Assembly (NCBI GenBank): GCA_977018835.1
Contig: OZ361258.1
Location: forward strand, 3,224,001-3,288,000
Reading direction: 5' to 3'
DNA: 64,000 nucleotides
Origin: Minutocellus sp. GHC0000111
Lineage: Eukaryota
The translations under genes and the position numbers were made by a program. The notes under the pieces are model-generated. The model worked only from the letters and a program-made list of their open reading frames with translations. It was not told the DNA's origin and did no database searches. Position 1 is the first letter of the stretch. Each line of letters begins with the position of its first letter. Below, one piece after another: positions 35,556 through 45,437 of this stretch.

Positions 35556-36328
35556 GGCTAGCTTAGTAGTGGGTATCTTTACCAGATGCCAACGGCACGG
35601 AACGAGCACAACACGTGCTGCCTGCCTGGACTGATGGATTGTTCGAAGGGCAAGCAAGCAAGAACCAGCAAAAGAACGAAAACGACCGATCTGATCGGCG
35701 ATGGAGACACCCGGAGGGCATTGGCCACAAACCGTTATATTTCGGAATGACGTCGTAAAATTCGGACTTCCGGAAAGAGGCCTTTCAAGCGCGAAACCCT
35801 CACAAAATAGCAAGGGCCTTACTTACATGTACCTACGTACTACGTAGTAGGTACACTGACTGTGTGTCACTCGCCACTCGCTCGAACGAATGACGCACGC
35901 ACGCGCTCAGAGCGTCGCACAGCCAAGCACACAAGCTCGGCGAGGTTTATGCATGAGGAACAGCGCCCTAACAAAAAGAACAGATTGGAACAAACCAGTG
36001 CTACCACCCGTTGATTTCCGATGCTACATACATGTAAACGCACGTGGTGTGCCGACGGCTGAGTCTCAGCACAGCCGTTATCCCGTTTTGCATTTTTGGC
36101 GAGAGGCGAGCAGCAGCGGAAGGCCTTCTTCGTTCGGCCGTTCGGCGCGACATGCATGCATGCATGGCACACACAGCATAGCATAGCACAGTCCAGAGAG
36201 CCGTTATCATATGCGCAGTAGCGCATCTCGATCTCTTTCACTCTCCTACGTAGCTAGATCTACAGTGCTAGTCTAGTAGCAGCAGCACACCCACACCACC
36301 GTCAAGGGGGAAGTAGCTAGCAGAAACG

Positions 36329-36997
36329 ATGACCAAGCAACAGGAGTACATTCCCGTCGCCATCTACAGCAGCGGCAACGATGTCTGCTGCCTTGCCGAG
36401 CCGCTGCTGAAAGCCGACGACGAGGAGGAGGGCAATGCTACTGCGCAAGGACACAAGTAAGTATTGCTGCTGCTTCGACATGCGCCGGGCGGTCATCATC
36501 TTGATCAACCTCATCGACTATGTCTTTGTTTTCTTTTTCTTGGCGGGGTTTTATTGCTCTGGCGAGGAGGAGAGCAAAGAAGAGTCTGATCTCTCTGACG
36601 ACTGCACGCCCCTAACATTGCCACTGAACTCTGATTCTGCTTTCCTTGCTTGTGCATTTGCACTCAAGATATTGCTCAATGGCCTAGGCGTTTATGGCGC
36701 CGCTTCGTTCAAAATCTGGCCGGTGGCTCTTTGCCTCGGTGGTCACATTTGCACTTCACTCTTTTTGAAGCAGCAACGTTTGTATACAAAATGCTTCTCT
36801 CTTTTGTCATCTTCATGGTCACAGACATGGATCACCCCAAAATTATGTTCTTCGTCATGATTCTTCCCAGCATTATTATGTTCTTCGCCTTCGTTGCGTA
36901 CCCGCACCTGCGCTTCATGCACGAGGTCAGGACGGGCGTCATGAGCGAGAAGACCTATCCGAGGGAGCGCTCTGGTCTTCTTACTCTCTGCTGTTAA
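36329..36997 (+). pseudogene. Frameshifted paralog of the 38100-38693 membrane protein
   Basis: MTKQQEYIPV..EPLL..GHK|YCCCFDMRRAVII..YPHLRFMHEVRTGVMSEKTYPRERSGLLTLCC; 4-bp insertion TAAGTA at 36458-36463 and a second frameshift near 36750. Confidence 0.8.
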
Positions 36998-37075
36998 TGA
37001 ATGAATGAATCATGCGGAGATTACACATGCATACACGAAGGCAAAGGAGTACCAGCCTCATAGTTCTCAACATAG

Positions 37076-37200
37076 CGTTCAATCGAGACGAATGGAAGCA
37101 CCGCCCCTCTACTCTAACTTCCGAGAGAACTCGATTTGAATAGATTCCCAATACATGTACTAAACATTATAACATGAAGTTGGAAGTGAAGTTTTATCGC
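37076..37200 (+). repeat. Dispersed 3'-flank repeat, also at ~41248-41380 and partially at ~37713-37740
   Basis: Shared cgttcaatcgagacgaatg, ccgagagaact.gatttgaatag.ttcccaatacatgta and tataacatgaagttggaagtgaa. Confidence 0.85.
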
Positions 37201-38099
37201 TTTTGCCATAGACTTTACACTTTACTTATTTGGAGTGCAAAGAGGGGCGAACGACATGCTTTCGTCATTATCTTGTCCTTTAAGCAGGGACTTTTGCGAG
37301 CCCCTAGTCTACGTCAAAAATATTGTATCGAGCTATCACACACGTTTAGAGAGATGATATGTGCAATGTGCTTGATTGGTACTCTCTTCATTCTTGGAGT
37401 ATATCTTGCGAAAGAAGAGCGATAGCAGCACAGTTTTAGGCCATTGCCGCCGCCACCACCCTCTCGATGATGACTTTCATCGGCTGGATATCCCGCGTAC
37501 CTCTGAAGATTCTTGTTCAGGCCAAACCCAAAAAGGGGAAATGACAGATCACTATCAGAGCATCTGCCAAGTCTCAAAATGATTCTTTGCCTCCTCAGCG
37601 ACCTTGCTGCCTCTCCTCTCGAGTCTCGAACAAAATGCAGTCGTGATATCTTGTGTAGGGAGAGACCGCGGGCAATGGCACCAGCAATCGCTCGACGATA
37701 GAGGTGTACATGTATAACATGAAGTTGGAAGTGAAACACATTTATCGAGGTGCTGCTTTGCTATACGGTGACAGGAGATTGGAGGGAGGAAATATGTGGC
37801 CGGGTCTACTGTATCGGTCGGCCGTGGCCTAACAAGCTAAGCCCAAGGTAAAATATTTCAGTCCAAATTTTATTAAATTAATGCAATGTTTCACATGTTG
37901 GGATCCTACTAGAAGACTCTAGAGAAAGACAGTAATCATGTCGCGCTCTTTTGATCAAATGTTGAGACAGGGGCTGTTTTCATTCAGAATTGACGATTAA
38001 AGCACTCTTTCGTCTTTTGCTTAAATGCCTTTTATAGTCTATTATGTATTATTTACTCGCTGGTTGGTGGTGGTGTGTCACGCTTCCAGCACACACTAA

Positions 38100-38693
38100 T
38101 TAACAGCAGAGAGGAATTATTCCAGAGCGTTCCCTTGGATAGGTCATCTCGCTCATGACGCCCGTTCTAACCTCGTACATGAAGCACAGGTGCGGATACG
38201 CAACGAATGCGGTGAACATAGTCATAGGGAAAATATAGTCCTTCCCAACTCCGAAGATGAGATAGAATCCGAGACTGTGAGCGGCGAGGCAAAGAACCAC
38301 CGGCCAGCACTTGAACGCCGAGGCGCCGTAAACGCCCAGGCCGTTCAGCGGAGTCTTGAGCACGGCAACATGAGCAGCCACAAGGGAGACGGATTTGAGA
38401 AATGAAATGATTTGTGTCAAAGCATCGGGTGTCGTGTTGTCGCTAACAAGGACGCCCAAGTCAACCAGCGCCAACACGACGGCACACAACATAGAGAAGA
38501 GGAAGAAGATTGCAAAGTCGATAACGTTTACAATGATGACCGCCCGACGCATGTCAAAGCAGCAGCAATATTTGCGCCCTAGCGCAGGAGCGCCCTCCTC
38601 CTTGCCCGGCAGCAGCGGCTTGACACGGCGACCATCATGATCAGCATCATTGTTGAAGATGGGGACGGGAATGTATTCTGCTTGATTCGACAT
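38100..38693 (-). CDS. Small multi-pass membrane protein (CCCFDMRRAVII family)
   Basis: 197-aa ORF with 3-4 hydrophobic segments, Cys cluster before TM1, C-terminal CC; clear paralog on the opposite strand at 36329-36997. Confidence 0.8.
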   Translation of the reverse strand: MSNQAEYIPVPIFNNDADHDGRRVKPLLPGKEEGAPALGRKYCCCFDMRRAVIIVNVIDFAIFFLFSMLCAVVLALVDLGVLVSDNTTPDALTQIISFLKSVSLVAAHVAVLKTPLNGLGVYGASAFKCWPVVLCLAAHSLGFYLIFGVGKDYIFPMTMFTAFVAYPHLCFMYEVRTGVMSEMTYPRERSGIIPLCC

Positions 38694-38818
38694 CGTCGTT
38701 GAATGGCTTGTACGAGATGAAGAAAAGGATATCTTGACTGCAGCTTTTTAATTTTATTTATGTGCCAGGCGATCTTTCGGCAACATGTAACTGAGTCTAA
38801 TGCTTTTCCAAATCGTTG

Positions 38819-39665
38819 AGTGAATCCCTTAGCGTAACGTATTTTTCTGGCTGAGTCATTCTCTTCACCTCGCCGAGCTTGTGTGTGCTTTCCTTCGGCA
38901 GGATATCCCGCGTGCCGTCGAAGATTCTTCTTGAGGCCTAACCCAAAGTGGGGAATAACTGAAGAATCACCCAAAGAGATTCTCAAAATCATGCAATGCT
39001 GCATGTGTTGGTTAATCGATTTTGCTGTTCTTCATGTAAACCCCCGAGAGCTGACGTATGTCCCTCTGGCTGAGTCATTCTCTCTCCACCTCGCCGAGTG
39101 GCTGTTTTCCTTTCGCCTTCGAAACGGGATATCCCACCTCGCCGAGTGTGCTAATGTGCGTGCCTTCGACGGGATGGTACAATTTAGCGGTTGCGAAAGG
39201 GTCCGCTCTTTTCGTCCTGTCGAGGCCTTATTTTTGTTGACATGCTTTGTGTGCTTCCCTGCGACAGAAACGCCTGTGAGGCCTTTTTGGCCCACTGGTA
39301 TGATCCGCCATAACGGAGGATTTCAGCATCTCAAGAAAACGATTTTAATGCGGACCCTCGTTTAAAGGAAACCCAAATCATGGCTTACGGTAGCCGGTCG
39401 CTGAGTCAGTCCCTCCACCTCGCCGAGTTTGCTTGTGTGCTTCCTTTCGGCGGGATAGCGCCTGATGCAAGATTCTTCACTGTGCTAACCCAGAATGGGG
39501 AATATGTGAAGAATATCTCAATAAAGTTTCTTACAATACGCAATCAACAACGCAATTCTGTGCACACACCTGTATCTATTTGTCATTCTTCGAATGAACC
39601 CCAAGCCTGACGTATGCCGCGGGCTGAGTCGTATCCGCCAATGTCGCCGAGCACTTTGTGTGCGG
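38819..39665. repeat. Degenerate ~220-bp tandem repeat, 4 units, in a divergent intergenic region; a further partial unit at ~37480-37590
   Basis: Core gctgagtca..cacctcgccgag..tgtgtgc with TGAGTC at 38852, 39071, 39402 and 39625 (spacing 219, 331, 223). Confidence 0.8.
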
Positions 39666-39764
39666 TGCCGGTATCACAAGCTCACGCGCCAGATTTTTTG
39701 CATGGTACTCATCACAATTTCAACAAATCACAATAGTTGAAAGCAATCTCCCCGCACTCTGAAC

Positions 39765-41214
39765 ATGATACTTCTTGCCGGTGGCCACGTGGGCGGCAAA
39801 TCAAATGCCATCCTCCTCGTTTTCACCATTCTCTTCATGACTATCGGCACTGTCGACGCTCATGGATACCTCATGTCGCCTCGTTCGCGTAACTTTCTTG
39901 CACACTCTTCACAGGATGGAAAGGCAGGGTGGGAGGGCGGTGCTAGTGATCCGGCGGTTGACTACAATGTAAGAATAAGAATTCAGGAGTCGAATTGTCT
40001 TCTCTTTTGGTCGGCATCGAAGTCATAAACTTGATTCTATTACTCTTTTTAATTTTATTTGACATTCCTGACATGTCTTCACATTTTACCTTTGATTTCC
40101 AACCGGCACTAACGCCAAATCATTTAATCAACGCCAGCCCCATTCTCTCAATCGCGGAGGTTTGTGCGGTGATAACAGGATCAATCCCCCTTATACCTTT
40201 CCCGAGAATGCCGATGGCGGGCCCATGCCCCTCAATATTCAGGCCACCTACCAGCAGGGCCAGGAGATCACTATTGAGGCCGTCCTGACGGCGCATCACT
40301 GGGGACATTTCGAGGTCAAGGCATGTCCCCTCGCTCGGCATGGCGACGCCCCGACGCAGGAGTGCTTCGATCAGTACCCGTTGACATTTGTTGAGGACTT
40401 GATCAATCCTGATTCTCCCAACGACCCTGACTATCCTGGTCGTGCCTACCTTTCCTCTAGGTCTAAGTCGGGTCAAGCCAACTTCGGCAATCCAGCCGGC
40501 ATTCTGTTCCGTCAAAAGTTCAGGCTGCCCTCCAACCTCAACGGACAGATTGTGCTCCTTCAGTGGTACTACAGAACAGGTAACTCCTGCTACAGTCCTG
40601 GATATGAAAAGTACTTCGGTACGGGGTGGGGAGCCGCCCGATCGGATCTTCCCACGTGCCCTAATCCTATCAGTTCGCGCGGCGATGGTGTTCCTGAGCA
40701 ATTCTGGAATTGCGCAGAAATCACCATCAATCGCGGACCCGGTGCATCGCCCACCCCTCCAGCAATTAACCCCCCAGCTCCGGTGCCAGCGCCAACAATT
40801 AGGGGTGGATCCCCAACTCCTCCCTCTTCGCCTTCCTCCTTGAAATCAGACTGGTCCACGTGCTCTTCGAGTGCCGAGTGCCGCGTCTGGACCGATGGTA
40901 CGGGTTGTTGCACCGGCAAGTACTCCCGTGGAGTTGGCAAGTGCGCGCCTTTGTCTCAAGGCTTCAACCAAGAGACCAACGAGTGTATCATTGGCGGTAG
41001 TGGTCCCTCACTGCCGGCAACCGCCCCTCCACCATCGGCCAACCCTCCTGCTGGTGCGAAATCAGACTGGTCTGCCTGTTCTTCGAGTGCCGAGTGCCGC
41101 GTCTGGGCCGATGGCACGGGTTGCTGCACCGGCAAGTACTCCGGTGGAGTCAGCAAGTGCACGCCTTTGTCTCAAGGCTTCAACCAAGAGACCAACGAGT
41201 GTGTTATTTATTAG
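39765..41214 (+). CDS. Secreted lytic polysaccharide monooxygenase (AA15/AA10-like, chitin-binding type 4) with Pro linker and two Cys-rich repeats
   Basis: Signal peptide ending VDA|HGYLMSPRSRN gives an N-terminal His; LTAHHWGHFE; LLQWYYRTGNSC; PEQFWNCAEI; intron 39969..40137 in frame. Confidence 0.9.
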
Positions 41215-41664
41215 TTAATGATGATACCAAAGGCACGTGTGCCACATCGTTCAATCGAGACGAATGAATGCCGCCTCGCTTACTATCTTTGTTGTGTAGA
41301 AGGAAGGCCGAGAGAACTTGATTTGAATAGGTTCCCAATACATGTAAATAGTTATTATAACATGAAGTTGGAAGTGAAACGCTTTACTGTATTGCTACTG
41401 CATTTTGTGATAACTAGAGCATGCAGGGGCCAAAACCACGAAGTAGAGCTGCAGTTCGTCGATGTCCCCGAGGTTTCTGGCTGGCCTTTCGGCGGGCGGG
41501 ATGAGAAAAATAGAAATTATGAATGGAGAAAGAATAGATCGATGCACAGTTGAAAAAGGTTGATAGGACACATATGATCTCCCTCTCTCCTTCTCTTCCC
41601 CGTATTAGTTATTGTATTGGCTATATGAAAATATTCAAATTTAATTGTCTTTTACCGCTACAGC

Positions 41665-41793
41665 TGTAACCGCCCTCGGGCAAATTACTTCGTAATTTGC
41701 GCCCTCGGGACCTCGGTTACATAAATAACGCCCTTCGTAATATTTTTGCGAGCTCTTCAGAGCGAAAAATATTAAATACATCAGGGTCGTTAT
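41665..41793. repeat. Compact multi-hairpin (foldback) element
   Basis: tgtaaccg..cggttaca encloses gcaaattac-ttc-gtaatttgc; ataacgccct..agggtcgttat encloses taatattttt..aaaaatatta and gctct-tc-agagc; direct repeat cgccctcggg twice. Confidence 0.75.
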
Positions 41794-41807
41794 TATAGGT
41801 ATCCTCC

Positions 41808-44751
41808 TCACAAATGACCCACCTCCTTGGCCTTTTGATATTCAGCAAAGCTCAGCCCCTTGCGAACTCGGACGCCGGCTCGACCATTGTCGGAGCCACC
41901 GGTAGCCGCCGCCGCCAACGAATCCGACCCACCACGGATCAAGAGCTCGTCATCAATGGCAAAATCATCATTATTCTTCCGATCATCGGCTGCCGTCGAT
42001 GCATTCTCCTTTCCGGGTACGTTGGCGGCATCACTCGACGAGGCTGCAGCATCGGTGCCCTTTTGGTCGTCTGCTGAAGCCTGACCAGCAGCACCGGCGG
42101 CATCATCAGCTGCGGCAGAGGCCTTGTCCTTGTCGTCCTCGTCGGTCTTCTGACCAACCTCCCACAGAATCTTGGGCTTGACCTTGCGTCGGGCATACGG
42201 GTTGAACTTGGGCGCACCCTGCGCGGCGGCCTCCTTCTTCTCCTGCTCCCGCTGCTGCTTGTAGGCCTCGTAGTCGGCCATCTTGTTCTTCTCCATGGCC
42301 CGCTCGTTGACCTTGTTCCAGTCCTGAATCTTGTCGGCACCCTTGATCCTCTTCTTGCGAATCTCCTCGGCCGTGAGGATGCGCTCCTGCTCGAGCTTCT
42401 TCTCCTCCAGGGTGGACTTGGCATCCTCGAGGGCCTCGGTGGCCAACGTGACGGCGCTCTCGAGCTGCTCGACGCCCATATCGTCCTCGTCGGCCTCGAG
42501 GAGGGCTCTCTTGGCCTCGTCGAGCTTGGCCTCGGCATCGTTGACGTCCTCCTGAGCGGCCTGGACGGCAATGGCGGCCCTGGTCTTCTCGGCACCGATG
42601 CTGCCCACCTTGCGCTTCTTCTTGGCGGCGATGGACTTCTCAATATCCTCCCTCGTGTAGGTGTAGTTGTTGACGAGCTTGTCCTGCAACCTGCGAAGCT
42701 TGATGGCACGCTTCTTGGACAGAATCTCGTCATTGAGGCGGTTGTCCCTCAAATGACTAATGAGGGCCTTGACATCGTCCTCCTGGGGCTTGGAATCGGA
42801 GATCAGTGCCATCCGGAAGGCACGGATGCTGTTGCCAAACTTGAGCTTCAGAACCTTGTTGGTCGATATCGGCTTCTTGTCGCTGTTCTTTTCCGGGGGA
42901 AAGGTATATTCGGCGGGACGGGTTTCCACACCGACAATCTGACAGAGACGGTAGCACGATTTGAGCTTCTGGCTGTCCTTGCCGACGGCCAGCTTGACGT
43001 ACATGTCGGTGACGGCATCCTCAAAGAAGGGTTCGTGACACCATCGCGACAACCGTCTGCGAGGAATGGTCACCTTGACATAGTCGGCCACGTCGGCCTC
43101 GACGAAAGTTGCCGACTGTTGCTGTGAGAGTCGACCACCGGAGCGTTTGTTGCCGTCTTCGTCCTCATCCATCATCATCCCATCGTCGTCATCGTCGGAC
43201 TCGGATTCCGACGACACATCCCTCTGCAGCCGCGTCTTGCGGGTGGTGGTCTGCTTCTTCTGCAACCAGGGCTTATTGACGGCCCCGCCTTCGTCCTCGT
43301 AGTCCGATTCGCTGTCACTGGCACCGTCGTCGCCGTAGTCCAGATCGCTGTCGGATTCGTCGGCCGCGGCCTTTTGCTTGGCGATGGACCGCTCCTCGCG
43401 GAGGGATTTGAGGGCGGCGGCCTTCTTGCCCTTGGACCCGGAGGCATCCTTGTTGCGCTTGGAAGATTCGCGGGTGGTGGACATGGACGCGGCCATGGCG
43501 GCATCGGCCTCCTCCTGTGCCTTTTGTTTTTTGGTCTTGGCCTTGGCCTTGACCTTGGTGGATCGGGTAGCCTTGCCCTTGGTGGCGGCACCCTTCTTGC
43601 CCTTGCCCTTTCCGGCGGCAGCGGCGGCAGCCTTCTTGGCCTGCTCCTTTTCTTCACGGACGCGTTGCTTATCCTGCTGCAGAGCGCGCTTCATATCGAG
43701 CTCGTTCTTGAGCTTCTCGAATCGGTCGGCGAGCTCGGCCTCACGCTCAAACTCGGGCATCTTCTCGAGACGCTTGCGATCGGCCTCGTCCTTGATGAGA
43801 CGAGTGGTATCGAACGTTTCCATGTCGAGCTCTTCAATGTCTTCATCAAGATCATCGTCCTCTTCGTCGTCATCCTCTTCGGCATCTCCAATGGCCTCCT
43901 CTTCTTCCTCTTCGGAAGATTCCTCCATATCGTCATCTGCCGGAGCTGGCTTGCGCAGCTGCTTGCCACCGCCGCGACGAGCCGGGGCTGCAGCAGGAGC
44001 AGGAGTGTCGTCGATATCCATGGCATCGTCATCACTGTCGTCACTGCTATCGCTATCGGCCATGGCAGGCTTGCGCAGCTGCTTGCCTCCGCCGCGATTG
44101 AGCTGCTTGCCAAGGCTCTTTCCGCCGTACTGCGGAACAGGCGCATCGTCGTCAGAAGAATCATCCGAATCATCGCTGTCCTGAGCCGGCCGCTGCAGGG
44201 CCAAAATGTTCTTCCCACCGCCGCCGCCGCCTCCTCGGCCGAGCTGCTTGCCAAGAGACTTGCCGCCGCCAACGGGCCGCTGGACGACGGGCAGGTCGTC
44301 GTCGTCGTCGCTGCTGTCGCTGCTGTCCGAGTCATTCTGGCCGGCTCCAGCTCCTCCAGCGGCCGCCGCGCGCTGCTGCATGGCGGCGAACTTGCCACCT
44401 CCGCGGTGGACGGCCACCTGCTGCGGCTTGAGAGGTCCCTCCTCGTCGGACGAGTCGTCGCCGGGCTGTTGAATAGAAAAAAGAGCAAAAGAGCACGAAG
44501 CACAGAGCACAGAGCAAGCATGTCATGTGTTGCGTTATGTTAGTCTTGACAAACAGAAAGAGCAACCAGTCAATTCGATACCGACCAAGAGCATTGAGCA
44601 GAAGCGATGAAGCATTTACACGTAATGGATGGAACGGGCAGGGCATCTTCTCATTCCAGACGATGTAGTGGAGACCGGATCACACACAAGAAGAGTTCAG
44701 TTTGCAAGTTTCCACTGCACTTGCCGAATAAATACATGCAGCACTCACCAT
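41808..44751 (-). CDS. RTF1: RNA polymerase-associated protein Rtf1 (Paf1 complex), Plus3 domain
   Basis: HMD-like DEADRKRLEKMPEFEREAELADR; Plus3 (IPRRRLSRWCHEPFFE..YRLCQIVGV..ISDS); C-terminal FNPYARRKVKPK. Predicted ATG-only exon 44751-44749 and intron 44748..44466 (GTGAGT..CAG) in frame. Confidence 0.9.
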
Positions 44752-45437
44752 GATTGCTGGAACAGAGGGGGGGTGAATTAAGTTAGCGAGAGAGGAAGAC
44801 TGTTCACGCCGGTACGGGCCGGCCCCACGAGTTTCTGTCGGGTGTACGAATGTGTTGATTTTGAGTTGATGAATAACGGACGAAGGCCAGGACACAATAG
44901 TGGAAAAACTTTCCGAGTGATGCTCTCGTGACGTCGCATCGACAGGTCGATGATCGACATCGACATCCGATCAGCCAACCGTTTTGTTTGTGATGCTGCA
45001 ACAAGCTTGAAAGATACCAAATCGATCTATGTACCGGTACATGTAGACTCTAAGAAGAAGACATAACATTCATATTACATTTGTTACGAGCAATACGAGC
45101 AATATATAGAAATTCCTACTGTCGGGATCAAATAAATAAGCAAAGTGTGTGGTGGGTCTCTACGACATGTTGTGGGTGTGTGGTGGTTGGTGATTGAGGC
45201 TCGCCGGGGTTCTTCTCCTTCAGGAGGTGCGAGAGCGAAGGAATATTGGTAATCAAATCGAGTCAGGAACATCGATGACGATCGATCCTCCTCCTCCTCC
45301 TCCTCTCTCGCACGCCCCCTCTCTTATTCCTCCTTCTATAGCAATAAACTCCTGCTACCGTGCGTAGTACAACCATGCCGCAATTAAGCTGTTGCTGACA
45401 TGCATTCATACCGGTATCGTAATAGCCTCCGACCGAC

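Noticed and set aside
38819..39665. CRISPR-like array
   Set aside because: Units are long, degenerate and homologous throughout rather than identical repeats with unique spacers; no cas genes; eukaryotic context.
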